A DNA stretch of 64,000 bases from an uncultured Acidimicrobiales bacterium (lineage in GTDB: Bacteria; Actinomycetota; Acidimicrobiia; Acidimicrobiales; CAWCAL01). The DNA lies in contig CAVONU010000003.1 of NCBI GenBank assembly GCA_963697385.1, positions 400,133 to 464,132 of the forward strand, written 5' to 3'. Made by a program: the position numbers and the translations under genes. Shown one piece after another: positions 1 to 9,073 of the stretch (its first letter is position 1; every line of letters starts with the position of its first letter). Under the pieces are notes generated by a model. That model did no database searches and was not told the DNA's origin. It saw only the letters and a list, made by a program, of their open reading frames with translations.

Positions 1-11
1 ACGGTCTGGCG

Positions 12-572
12 GTGGGACCGGATCCGCCGCGACGAGTCACGGCCTACATCGAGATCACACCCTTCGACCTGGTCAAGTACGAGGTCGACAAGCAGACCGG
101 TTACCTGCACGTCGACCGGCCCCATCGCGGCGCAGCGACGCCGCCCAACCTGTACGGGCTCATCCCGCAGACCTATTGCGGCCCCCGGGTTGCGGCCCTG
201 AGCCCGGTGGTCGAGGTCGCCGATGGCGATCCGTTGGACATCTGTGTGGTCTCGGAGCGGCCCATCGACCGATCGGACATCACGTTGACCGCCCGCGTCG
301 TCGGCGGCCTGTGCATGCTCGACGGGGGCGAAGCCGACGACAAGATCATCGCCGTGCTGGAGGGGGACCCGATCTGGGGCGACGCCACCGACCTCGTTGA
401 TCTCCCCACCGCTGCCGTGGACCGCCTGGAGCACTACTTCGCCACGTACAAGGCGCTGCCCGGGCAGGACCACGACGTCGTGATCGATCACCGCTACGGC
501 AATGACCACGCCTTCGCCGTCGTCGAGGCGTCCATGGCCGACTACGACGACACCTTCCGCCCGACCGGCTGA
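12..572 (+). CDS. ppa: inorganic pyrophosphatase (family I)
   Basis: 186-aa ORF. 'VTAYIEITPFDLVKYEVDKQTGYLHVDRP' and 'DGDPLDICVV...EADDKIIAV' fit the soluble PPase pattern. The frame is open to the window edge, so the true start may lie upstream. Confidence 0.85.
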   Translation: MGPDPPRRVTAYIEITPFDLVKYEVDKQTGYLHVDRPHRGAATPPNLYGLIPQTYCGPRVAALSPVVEVADGDPLDICVVSERPIDRSDITLTARVVGGLCMLDGGEADDKIIAVLEGDPIWGDATDLVDLPTAAVDRLEHYFATYKALPGQDHDVVIDHRYGNDHAFAVVEASMADYDDTFRPTG

Positions 573-614
573 CGCTCTCATCACCGGCCCGGGTCATCTG
601 GCAGGATCGGACCC

Positions 615-1286
615 ATGTACGCCGTCGCCACCTTCCTGATCGTCGCCGTCATCTCCATGGTGTTCGGCCTCATGGCCACCGGGGCGCTGATCGCCACCGG
701 TGTGCCGCCCGAGATCGCCTCGTTCCAGGCCCGCTCCGCCTTCACCGGATCGGGGTTCACCACCACCGAGGCCGAGAACGTCGTCAACCACCCGGTGCGA
801 CGCCGGATCGTCTCGACCACCATGTTCGTGGGGAATCTGGGCACGCCAACCCTCGTGGTGAGCGTGCTGATCGGTCTGCTCGCTCCGGGGCCCGGGTCGA
901 CCACCGAGCGGTCGCTCGTGGCCATCTCGGGCGTCATGCTGATCGTCCTCCTGGTCGGCAATCGCCCGGCGAAGCGGGCGATGGTGCGGGTGGGTCAGCA
1001 CTACGCCCGACGCCGCCTCCTCCCCGCGCTGGACGTGGGGCCCGAGGAACTGCTCGCCCTGGGTCCGGAGTTCTCGGTCACAGCGGTGCGCGTGGCAGAG
1101 CGTCCCCAGGAGACCTACCGGAGCCTCAGAGAGCTTGAGGATGCCATCCCCGGAGCGAAAGTGCTGGGAGTACGTCGGGGCGCGCAGTACTTCGGCGAGC
1201 CGCCGGTGGACATCACGCTGCGGGAGGGAGACGAGTTGGTGGTCTACGGGCGAAACGATCGGGTCGCCGCCCTGGGGACCCCCTAG
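615..1286 (+). CDS. membrane protein with C-terminal TrkA-C/RCK_C-like domain
   Basis: Hydrophobic N-terminal half (several predicted TM helices). The C-terminus 'RSLRELEDAIPGAKVLGVRRGAQYFGEPPVDITLREGDELVVYG' resembles TrkA-C. Confidence 0.6.
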   Translation: MYAVATFLIVAVISMVFGLMATGALIATGVPPEIASFQARSAFTGSGFTTTEAENVVNHPVRRRIVSTTMFVGNLGTPTLVVSVLIGLLAPGPGSTTERSLVAISGVMLIVLLVGNRPAKRAMVRVGQHYARRRLLPALDVGPEELLALGPEFSVTAVRVAERPQETYRSLRELEDAIPGAKVLGVRRGAQYFGEPPVDITLREGDELVVYGRNDRVAALGTP

Positions 1287-1450
1287 TTGCGATTCATGGC
1301 CGTCATGGCCCCACCGACCAGCAGCGAGAGCACGATGCTGCCGATGATCGAGATGCGCATGGGCGACCCGATGACGGCGAGGACGACGTTGATGCCGACG
1401 AGCACGAGGACGAACACGGCGAACTGAGCGAGTGGACTGCGTCGATTCAC
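1283..1450 (-). CDS. small hydrophobic membrane protein (55 aa, hypothetical)
   Basis: Absent from the ORF track (<60 aa). GTG 1450..1448 to TAG 1285..1283 translates to 'VNRRSPLAQFAVFVLVLVGINVVLAVIGSPMRISIIGSIVLSLLVGGAMTAMNRN'. Two TM-like stretches and strong G/C third-position bias. Confidence 0.35.
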   Translation of the reverse strand: MNRRSPLAQFAVFVLVLVGINVVLAVIGSPMRISIIGSIVLSLLVGGAMTAMNRN

Positions 1451-1479
1451 GGCCGCACCCTACCGTCGGGCGGGACAGG

Positions 1480-1758
1480 ATGGCTGGGAGGACGCGGCAA
1501 GTCGACGCGAGTGTCGAGGATGACCGCGTGACCGTCGAGTTCGACGAGGAGTATCAGGCCGGCTCCAAGGTCACCGTGACCTCGCACTTCGTCCATGAGT
1601 TCGTCGCCGCCGACCGCGGGCTGACGCATCGGTTGGTCGTTCGTGACGTCGCGGCGCCGGGGTTCCTCGGGTTCTTCTACCGAAAGTTCGGGGGCTCCAA
1701 GATGGGGACGGCACTCCTGGCAGCCGAGAAGGCCTACTTCGAGACTTCGCCCAGCTGA
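1480..1758 (+). CDS. hypothetical protein
   Basis: ORF 1432..1758. ATG at 1480 (MAGRTRQV...) avoids overlap with the minus-strand small ORF. No recognisable motif. Confidence 0.4.
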   Translation: MAGRTRQVDASVEDDRVTVEFDEEYQAGSKVTVTSHFVHEFVAADRGLTHRLVVRDVAAPGFLGFFYRKFGGSKMGTALLAAEKAYFETSPS

Positions 1759-1922
1759 GATTCACTCCGCATCGGGAAGCTGTGGCGCTGGAGAGTCGGG
1801 CAACGTTGGTATCCGAACGGCTGAGCAGCCCAACTCGGAGTGGCCCTCGAACCCCCACCCGGCCTGAGCCCGCTCGGGCGTCCGGGTGGGAACCTCCGGC
1901 CCTGACCGATCAGACTGGGGCC

Positions 1923-3179
1923 ATGGGATGGGCCTACCTCGTCGTGTCGATCAATGGTGCTGCGTACACGCTCAACGTGTACCGCCCGGCCCGCAAGAGC
2001 CGCGTGCTCTACGGCTGGAGCTTCTTCGCCTCGTGGATCACCATCGAGATGGCGCCGTTCCACCTGCTGTGGCAGGTGGTGGCCACCGGCGTCTTCGCCT
2101 GGAAGGGTGCCCTCCGGACCAACCCGGGACGGCTGGGTCTGGCCATCACCCTGACCTCGTGGGTCGGTCTCGCTCTCTCGGTACGACGAAGCTTCGCTGC
2201 CCGTCACGAGATCCGCGACGCGCTCCGCGAGCTGCACCATGAGGCCCCGGAGGTCGAACCGCAGCCCGTGAAGGTCGAGCGCAATGTCACGTTCGCCCGA
2301 GCCGGCGGACGGAACCTCCACCTCGACGTCCACGCGCCCGCCACGGCCGCTGAGCCCGGCCGGCGACGCCCCGCCCTGGTCCAGATCCACGGCGGCGGTT
2401 GGGTCCTGGGCTTCAAGGACCGGCAGGGTCAGCTGTTGATGGACCACCTGGCGGCCCGGGGTTGGGTGTGCTTCAACGTCGACTACCGCCTCAGCCCCAT
2501 GGCGACGTTTCCCGACCACCTGGTCGACGTCAAGCGGGCCATCGCCTGGATCCGTGAGCACGCCGACGAGTACGACATCGACCCCGACTTCATCGCCGCA
2601 ACCGGCGGGTCGGCCGGTGGCCACCTCACCACCCTGGCCGCACTGACCAACGATCAGGATCGGTATCAGCCGGGCTTCGAGGACGCCGACACCTCCGTGC
2701 AGGCGGCGGTTCCGTTCTACGGCGTCTACGACTTCACGAACCGCAACGGCGCCTGGCCCGAGGAGACGATCCCCTGGTTCCTCGCCCCGCTCGTCATGAA
2801 GGTCGACCCCGACGAAGACCCCGAGGCCTGGGCCGCGGCCTCGCCGCTCGATCAGGTCAGGACCGAGGCTCCTCCGTTCCTCGTCGTCCACGGCGACATC
2901 GACGTCCTGGCCCCGGTCGAAGACGCCCGGGACTTCGTCGACCGCCTCCGAGCCGTCTCGGACGAGCCCGTCTACTACCTGGAGCTCAAGGGCGCGCAGC
3001 ACGCGTTCGAGACGTTCCCCTCCGTTCGGGCCAACGCCGTCGTCGAGGCGGCAGCACGCTTCCTCAACGCCGTGCACGATGCGCACCTGCGCCGCCGGGA
3101 CGGCGTGCCACTCTCGGAGGACGTCGAACAGGCGGTGGAGGACGAGCTCGGGTCGGAGATCACCCAGACGATCAGCTGA
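1923..3179 (+). CDS. membrane-anchored alpha/beta hydrolase (esterase/lipase family)
   Basis: 'VQIHGGGWVLG' (HGGG oxyanion-hole motif) and 'ATGGSAGGHL' (GxSxG nucleophile elbow). Hydrophobic N-terminus. Start set at ATG 1923 (MGWAYLV) because the upstream part of ORF 1782.. is low-complexity. Confidence 0.8.
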   Translation: MGWAYLVVSINGAAYTLNVYRPARKSRVLYGWSFFASWITIEMAPFHLLWQVVATGVFAWKGALRTNPGRLGLAITLTSWVGLALSVRRSFAARHEIRDALRELHHEAPEVEPQPVKVERNVTFARAGGRNLHLDVHAPATAAEPGRRRPALVQIHGGGWVLGFKDRQGQLLMDHLAARGWVCFNVDYRLSPMATFPDHLVDVKRAIAWIREHADEYDIDPDFIAATGGSAGGHLTTLAALTNDQDRYQPGFEDADTSVQAAVPFYGVYDFTNRNGAWPEETIPWFLAPLVMKVDPDEDPEAWAAASPLDQVRTEAPPFLVVHGDIDVLAPVEDARDFVDRLRAVSDEPVYYLELKGAQHAFETFPSVRANAVVEAAARFLNAVHDAHLRRRDGVPLSEDVEQAVEDELGSEITQTIS

Positions 3180-3515
3180 TCACCCCTTGGGCGGGAGCGC
3201 CGAGGCACATCTCGTTCCGCGGTCCACCCACGTCTTCAATTGCCGCTCCCTCCCGAGCTGCTCGCCGTCGATGCGGAGCCAACCCCGCATCTCGCGGCCC
3301 CGCATCTCGGCGTGCTCCGCTGGCGTCGTGTCGACCAGTCTGGGACCGTCTTCGGGATCGACCCGCACCATGAGTCCTCCCTGACCGCTCACGACCACGG
3401 CCATGTGGCCACCGATCAGGAACGCGAGTCCTCCGAACATCTTCCGTTCGGTGACCTCCGGCGTCTCCGCCATCAGCGCTCGAACCCGCTCGGCGAGGGG
3501 TTCGTCATACGCCAT
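3180..3515 (-). CDS. TfoX/Sxy N-terminal domain-containing protein
   Basis: 'MAYDEPLAERVRALM...ERKMFGGLAFLIGGHMAVVV' is the typical TfoX_N pattern. Abuts the convergent esterase stop with 0 nt between. Confidence 0.7.
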   Translation of the reverse strand: MAYDEPLAERVRALMAETPEVTERKMFGGLAFLIGGHMAVVVSGQGGLMVRVDPEDGPRLVDTTPAEHAEMRGREMRGWLRIDGEQLGRERQLKTWVDRGTRCASALPPKG

Positions 3516-3957
3516 GCCCGTCTCCTCGTGCCTCGATGTCGTCAACTCTCGGCATCGCGATGATGGCGAAGGTGCCGGCTGCGGTGGCGACCAGCCGGTC
3601 CCGGTCGTCGACGATGCGGGCCTCGAGGTGCACGACGCTGCGTCCCTTCTTCAGCACCGTCGCCTCGGCCTCGATCATCCCGGAGCTCACCGGCCGGATG
3701 AACCGCAGCTGGACGTCGACCGAGGCACAGAACCAGCCGTCGTCGAGCACGTCCATCGTCGCCTGGCCCATCGCGGTGTCGACCATGGCGAACAGCACGG
3801 CGCCGTGCGTGACACCGTTGGGGTTCTGATGCTGCTCGGCCAGCTGTACACGCGCCACTCCGATTCCCGGGCCGCCCTCGACCATCTCCATGCCCAGGTA
3901 CCGCCGTAGGGGGAAGTCCCCGTATGCCGCCGACTCCTCCGTCCCCGAGTCCGTCAC
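3505..3957 (-). CDS. PaaI-family hotdog-fold thioesterase
   Basis: 'NPNGVTHGAVLFAMVDTAMGQA...GRSVVHLEARIVDD...LVATAAGTFAI' fits PaaI/4HBT. GTG start at 3957 lies 11 nt downstream of the malQ stop. The upstream part of ORF ..4149 is Arg/Pro-rich and overlaps malQ. Confidence 0.8.
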   Translation of the reverse strand: MTDSGTEESAAYGDFPLRRYLGMEMVEGGPGIGVARVQLAEQHQNPNGVTHGAVLFAMVDTAMGQATMDVLDDGWFCASVDVQLRFIRPVSSGMIEAEATVLKKGRSVVHLEARIVDDRDRLVATAAGTFAIIAMPRVDDIEARGDGHGV

Positions 3958-3967
3958 CCGGCCCTCC

Positions 3968-5875
3968 TCATGTGGTCCGAACCGATCGAGCGGTCGACAG
4001 TCGCCGCAGCCGTCGGAGCACCTCGGGGTCGACGGCGATGTCGTCCAGGGTCGGCGACCACGGGCGTCGCCAGTTGGCCCGTTGGTCACTGGCCGTGCCG
4101 GGGATGTTGACCGGTCGCGACTCGAGCCAGAGATCCTCCATCGCCACACTCACCAGCGGGCTGTCCGATGCGCCGAGCCACTCGAGCACCGCCTCGAGGA
4201 ACGGACCCACCGGATCAGAAGGAACCCCGACGGCGCGTTCCAACCGGGTCACCGCTTCCTGCCGGTTCGTCCGCTCGATCGCCACGCTCGCAGCGTCGAG
4301 CAGCCCGACCAACAGACGCTCGTCGATGTCGACCTCGTCGATCCAGCCGGCCAGCGACGGGGTGTCGTGCGTATTGATCAGCGCCGCCTCGGTGGCGACC
4401 GGCCCGGAGGGCTTCGGCGTCTCCCCGGCCTCGAACTGGGCCAGGTACATGCCCAGGATCCCGTGGCGCGCCAGGCCGGTGCCGATCTCGGGTGGGACCG
4501 TCCCGAGGTTCTCGCCCACGACGGCGCAGCCATGACGGTGGGACTCGACACACACCACGGCGAAGAGCTCCTCCAGCGGGTACTGCACGTAGGTCCCGTC
4601 GGCCAGACCGGCACCCGACGGGATCCAGTACAGGCGGCGTAGCGCCATCACGTGGTCGATGCGCAGCACGCCGGCCAGACCGGCCTGGTGGGCGATGCTG
4701 TCCGCCACGTAGCGGTGGCCCTCGGATCGCGAGGCGCCGGGAAGGATCGGCGGAAAGCCCCAGTTCTGTCCACTGGGAAACCCCGCATCCGGCGGCGCGC
4801 CGACCGACATGCCGCCGGCGAAGAGATCCTGGCGTGACCACACGTCGTAGCCGTCCGGATGGACACCGACCGCCAGGTCGAGACCCAGGAGCGGTCCGCC
4901 GTCGAGGGACCTGGACAGCGACGCCAGCTGGGAGCGGATCTCCTGCTGGGCCACGAGGTGGAACCGCTCCTCGTCGGGATCCACGTGGGCCTCGCCCAGC
5001 CGGCCTCGTCGGGCTTCGTCGGGCCAGGTCATCCAGGCACGACCGAGACGGGCCTGGGCGCCACGAAACCGGGCGTAGCGCGCCAATTCGGGGTCGATCC
5101 GATCGGGGTCCGGCGGGCGGTGCGAGCCGAGGGCGCCCCGCACCTCACGATCGGCGGCGCCGAGGTCCAGGAGTCCCGTCAGCTCGACCGGACGGTGGGC
5201 GTCGCCGAGGTTCAGGTGGAGCTCGCTCCAGAACAGCCGACTCACCGGCGAATAGGGACTCGGCTCGGGCGGCGCATCGTTGAACGTCGGAAGGAGGGGC
5301 AGCAGGCTGACGGCCCCACTCCCCCGGTCGGCGGCCCACCGGGCCAGCGTCCCCAGATCCTCCAGGTCGGCGATCGACCGGCTCCGCCCGGTCCGCACGG
5401 CGGCGAGCTGGGCTCCCACCCCCCATCGCACACCCGGATCGAGGGGAAACGACCGGACCGGAGCCGAGATCACCGTGATCGTCGCCTCACGAGGTCGGTC
5501 GAGGACGAAGCAGTGGTAGCCGATCGGCAGCGCCGCCGAGGACCGGTCCACCCCACCGTCGATCACGCGATCATCGCCGGACTCGACACGGATCTCCCCC
5601 TGCGCCGACTGCAACACCGGGGGCAGCCTCAGGATCCCGTCCCACGCAACCAGCACCGGCGGAACCGCCCGGGCCTCCTCGGCCCCATGGTGTTCGAGTG
5701 CCGCAGCAGCATCCGCGGCCGAGGTCACCGGTGATCCGAGTGCCCGGCACACCGCGACCAGCGTCTCGTCGCCGGGGTGGACGGTACGACCCAGCCCGTC
5801 GACGAACTCGGTCGCCACCCCGAGGGTTTCCGCCAGACGACGGAGATCCCCCGCCGGATTCCGAGCCGTCGTCAC
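3968..5875 (-). CDS. malQ: 4-alpha-glucanotransferase (amylomaltase)
   Basis: 'YSPVSRLFWSELHLNL', 'LRIDHVMAL' and 'VVGENLGTVPPE' are GH77 hallmarks. GTG start at 5875 forms a GTGA overlap with the glgB stop (5872..5875). Confidence 0.85.
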   Translation of the reverse strand: MTTARNPAGDLRRLAETLGVATEFVDGLGRTVHPGDETLVAVCRALGSPVTSAADAAAALEHHGAEEARAVPPVLVAWDGILRLPPVLQSAQGEIRVESGDDRVIDGGVDRSSAALPIGYHCFVLDRPREATITVISAPVRSFPLDPGVRWGVGAQLAAVRTGRSRSIADLEDLGTLARWAADRGSGAVSLLPLLPTFNDAPPEPSPYSPVSRLFWSELHLNLGDAHRPVELTGLLDLGAADREVRGALGSHRPPDPDRIDPELARYARFRGAQARLGRAWMTWPDEARRGRLGEAHVDPDEERFHLVAQQEIRSQLASLSRSLDGGPLLGLDLAVGVHPDGYDVWSRQDLFAGGMSVGAPPDAGFPSGQNWGFPPILPGASRSEGHRYVADSIAHQAGLAGVLRIDHVMALRRLYWIPSGAGLADGTYVQYPLEELFAVVCVESHRHGCAVVGENLGTVPPEIGTGLARHGILGMYLAQFEAGETPKPSGPVATEAALINTHDTPSLAGWIDEVDIDERLLVGLLDAASVAIERTNRQEAVTRLERAVGVPSDPVGPFLEAVLEWLGASDSPLVSVAMEDLWLESRPVNIPGTASDQRANWRRPWSPTLDDIAVDPEVLRRLRRLSTARSVRTT

Positions 5876-7767
5876 GAGCGAACGGGGGTCAGGAAGACCG
5901 CTCCCAGCGGCGGAACGCTCACCTCCAACGAGACCTCGTACCCGTGCGCGGGTTCGTCGGTGGTCGTGAGTGTGCCGTTGCCCACGCCGCTGCCACCGAA
6001 CCGCTGATCGTCGCTGTTGAGCAGCTCGCCCCAGAAACCGGCGAGCGGGACCCCGACCCGGTAGCTCCAGCGCGGCACCGCCGTGAAGTTGCACAGCACG
6101 AGGACCGGCCGGGTGTCGGTATCAGCGGCATCGGTGCGCAGGAACGCCAGCACCGCGTTGCGATCGTCGTCGCCGACGACCCATGCGAACCCGGCCGGGT
6201 CGTGGTCGATGCGATGCAGGGCCGGCTCGGACCGATAGGTGCGGTTCAGTGCTGCGACCCACTCGAGCATCGCCCGGTGCTCCGGCTGCTGGAGCACGCC
6301 CCAGGGCAGCTCCTGCTCGTGCTGCCATTCCTCGTCCATCGCCAACTCCGAGCCCATGAACAGGAGCTTCTTGCCCGGACTCCCGTACTGGTAGCCGTAG
6401 AGCAGGCGCAGGCCGGCCAACTGCTGCCATCGGTCGCCGGGCTGGCGGGACACCAGGGATCCCTTGCCGTGCACGACCTCGTCGTGTGACAGCGGCAGGA
6501 CGAAGTTCTCGCTGAAGGCGTACACCATCCGGAACGTCAGCTCCCCGTGGTGCCAGTGTCGATGGATCGGATCGCGCTGGACGTATTCGAGGGTGTCGTT
6601 CATCCAGCCCATGTCCCACTTGAACCCGAAGCCCAGTCCCCCGTCGTCGGTGGGTCGGGTCACCCCGGGCCATGCCGTGGACTCCTCGGCGATCGTGATC
6701 GTGTCCGGATGATTGACATAGATCCGCCGGTTGAGCTCCTGGAGGAAGCTGACCGCGCCCAGATTCTCGTTCCCGCCGAACTCGTTGGGGATCCACTCCC
6801 CCTCGGCCCGCGAGTAGTCCCGGTAGAGCATCGAGGCCACGGCGTCGACCCGGATCCCGTCGGCGTGGTAGCGGGAGAGCCAGAACCGAGCGCTGCTCAG
6901 GAGGAAACTCCGGACCTCGTGGCGGTCGTAGTTGAAGATCGCACTCTTCCAGTCGGGGTGGAACCCGAGGCGCTCGTCGGCGTGCTCGTACAGGTGGGTG
7001 CCGTCGAACACCGCCAGCCCGTGCGCGTCCGTGGGGAAATGCGACGGCACCCAGTCCAGGAGGACGCCGTAGCCGCGTTGGTGCAGCAGGTCCACCAGGT
7101 ACATCAGGTCCTGGGGCGTGCCGTACCGAGCGGTCGGCGCGAAGTAGCCGGTCGTCTGGTAGCCCCAGGAGCCGTAGAACGGGTGCTCCATCACCGGGAG
7201 GAGCTCGACGTGGGTGAACCCGGTCTCGTCGAGGTGGTCGGCCAGCTGGTGGGCGAGCGCTCGATACCCACCCGGTTCGTAGCGCCAGGATCCGAGATGG
7301 ACCTCGTAGATCGAGATGGGTGCGTCGTGCCGATTCCGCGCGCCGCGGCCGGCCATCCAGTCGGCGTCGCCCCACTCGTACGACAGGTCGGCGATCACCG
7401 ACGCCGTCCGGGGCGGCTCCTCGGTGGCGAATCCCACCGGGTCCGCCTTGTCGAGCCGGGTGCCGTCGGGAGTCACGATCCGATACTTGTAGCGGTCGCC
7501 GACCTCAGCGCCGGCCACGCGAGCCGACCAGATGCCGGCCGACGAAGGGGTCAAGGGGGCGGCACCCTCGGTCCAGTCGTTGAAACTGCCGATCACCGAG
7601 ACGGTCGCGGCGCTGGGAGCCCACACCCGGAACACCGTGCCCCCACCGCCATCGACGTGGGCACCGAGCACCGCGGCGACGTCATCGTGGGTGCCCTCTC
7701 CGAATCGCCAGAGATCTGCGTCGGGGACGGGCGGGGTGGTGTGAGGGTCCGGGACTGGCATGGGCAC
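5872..7767 (-). CDS. glgB: 1,4-alpha-glucan branching enzyme
   Basis: GH13 motifs 'GVLLDWVPSHF', 'GIRVDAVASMLY', 'TIAEESTAWPG', 'LPLSHDEVVHGK'. 631 aa. Start is GTG 7767 or ATG 7761. Confidence 0.95.
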   Translation of the reverse strand: MPMPVPDPHTTPPVPDADLWRFGEGTHDDVAAVLGAHVDGGGGTVFRVWAPSAATVSVIGSFNDWTEGAAPLTPSSAGIWSARVAGAEVGDRYKYRIVTPDGTRLDKADPVGFATEEPPRTASVIADLSYEWGDADWMAGRGARNRHDAPISIYEVHLGSWRYEPGGYRALAHQLADHLDETGFTHVELLPVMEHPFYGSWGYQTTGYFAPTARYGTPQDLMYLVDLLHQRGYGVLLDWVPSHFPTDAHGLAVFDGTHLYEHADERLGFHPDWKSAIFNYDRHEVRSFLLSSARFWLSRYHADGIRVDAVASMLYRDYSRAEGEWIPNEFGGNENLGAVSFLQELNRRIYVNHPDTITIAEESTAWPGVTRPTDDGGLGFGFKWDMGWMNDTLEYVQRDPIHRHWHHGELTFRMVYAFSENFVLPLSHDEVVHGKGSLVSRQPGDRWQQLAGLRLLYGYQYGSPGKKLLFMGSELAMDEEWQHEQELPWGVLQQPEHRAMLEWVAALNRTYRSEPALHRIDHDPAGFAWVVGDDDRNAVLAFLRTDAADTDTRPVLVLCNFTAVPRWSYRVGVPLAGFWGELLNSDDQRFGGSGVGNGTLTTTDEPAHGYEVSLEVSVPPLGAVFLTPVRS

Positions 7768-7792
7768 CCCACGTTACGGGCATGCTGGGGGC

Positions 7793-9055
7793 ATGCCGGA
7801 ACTTGCGGATCGCCCCCGTGTCCTGTCGATCATTCTGGCCGGCGGTGAGGGAAAGCGCCTGCTCCCGCTGACCCTCGATCGGGCCAAGCCGGCCGTTCCC
7901 TTCGGGGGGCGTTACCGGCTCATCGACTTCCCGCTCTCCAACCTGGCCAACGGCGGGTACCGCAAGATCGTCGTTCTGACCCAGTACAAGAGCCACAGCC
8001 TCGACGTGCACATCTCGCGGACCTGGCGACTCAGCTCGTTCCTGGGCAACTACGTCACCTCGGCGCCGGCCCAGATGCGGCGGGGCCCGCGGTGGTTCCT
8101 GGGTTCGGCCGACGCGCTGTTCCAGAACCTCAACATCATCGACGACGAGGGCCCCGAGTACGTGTTCGTCTTCGGCGCCGACCACATCTACCGCATCGAC
8201 CCGCGCCAGATGCTCGACCAGCACATCGAGAGCGGCGCGAAGGTGACCGTCGCCGGCATTCGGTGCGCCAAGGAGGACTCCGAGCAGTTCGGCGTGATCT
8301 CCGTGGGTGAAGGCACCACGATCTCGGCGTTCAGCGAGAAGCCGCATCCCGAGAGCATCGACGGCCTCACCGACGCACCCGACCAGATCCTGGCCTCGAT
8401 GGGAAACTACGTGTTCAGTACCGACGCGTTGATCGAACTCCTGCACGACGATGCCGACGAAGCGTCGTCGCGCCACGACGTCGGCGGAGACCTGATCCCC
8501 GCGATGGTGGCAACCGGCGACGCCCACGTCTACGACTTCACCACCAACGTCATTCCGGGTCAGCGCGACGACTCGCACTACTGGCGCGACGTCGGGACCC
8601 TCGACAGCTACTACGACGCCCATATGGACCTGGTGGGCGACTTCCCGGCGTTCGACCTCTACAACGACCTGTGGTCCATCTACACGCTCGGGCGCAATCA
8701 TCCGCCGGCCAAGATCGTCAACGACGGGGATCACGGCGCATCGCGCGTCGAGCGCAGCCTGCTCAGCAACGGCGTGATCGTCGCCGGGGCACAGGTCACC
8801 GGATCGGTGCTCTCCCCCGGTGTCCGGGTCGAGGGCGGCGCGGTGGTCGAGGACTCGATCCTGCTCGACGACGTGGTGGTCGAGTCCGGCGCGGTGGTGC
8901 GTCGCTCCGTGCTGGACAAGAACGTGGTGGTCCCCGCAGGTGTCGCCATCGGGGAGGATCCGGTACGCGACGAGGCACACGGTCACCAGCTCTCCGACTG
9001 CGGGGTCGTCGTCGTGGCGAAGGGTGCGCCGATCGACCCGCCGGATCAGGAGTGA
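7793..9055 (+). CDS. glgC: glucose-1-phosphate adenylyltransferase
   Basis: 'VLSIILAGGEGKRLLPLTLDRAKPAVPFGGRYRLIDFPLSNLANGG' is the canonical GlgC N-terminus. ATG 7793 is preferred over ATG 7760, which would overlap the glgB start. Confidence 0.95.
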   Translation: MPELADRPRVLSIILAGGEGKRLLPLTLDRAKPAVPFGGRYRLIDFPLSNLANGGYRKIVVLTQYKSHSLDVHISRTWRLSSFLGNYVTSAPAQMRRGPRWFLGSADALFQNLNIIDDEGPEYVFVFGADHIYRIDPRQMLDQHIESGAKVTVAGIRCAKEDSEQFGVISVGEGTTISAFSEKPHPESIDGLTDAPDQILASMGNYVFSTDALIELLHDDADEASSRHDVGGDLIPAMVATGDAHVYDFTTNVIPGQRDDSHYWRDVGTLDSYYDAHMDLVGDFPAFDLYNDLWSIYTLGRNHPPAKIVNDGDHGASRVERSLLSNGVIVAGAQVTGSVLSPGVRVEGGAVVEDSILLDDVVVESGAVVRRSVLDKNVVVPAGVAIGEDPVRDEAHGHQLSDCGVVVVAKGAPIDPPDQE

Positions 9056-9073
9056 GTGGCCGGGCGTGACCGA

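Noticed and set aside
7760-7792. Earlier ATG start for glgC
   Set aside because: It would overlap the glgB start codon on the other strand and add 11 non-conserved residues. The conserved GlgC N-terminus begins just after ATG 7793.
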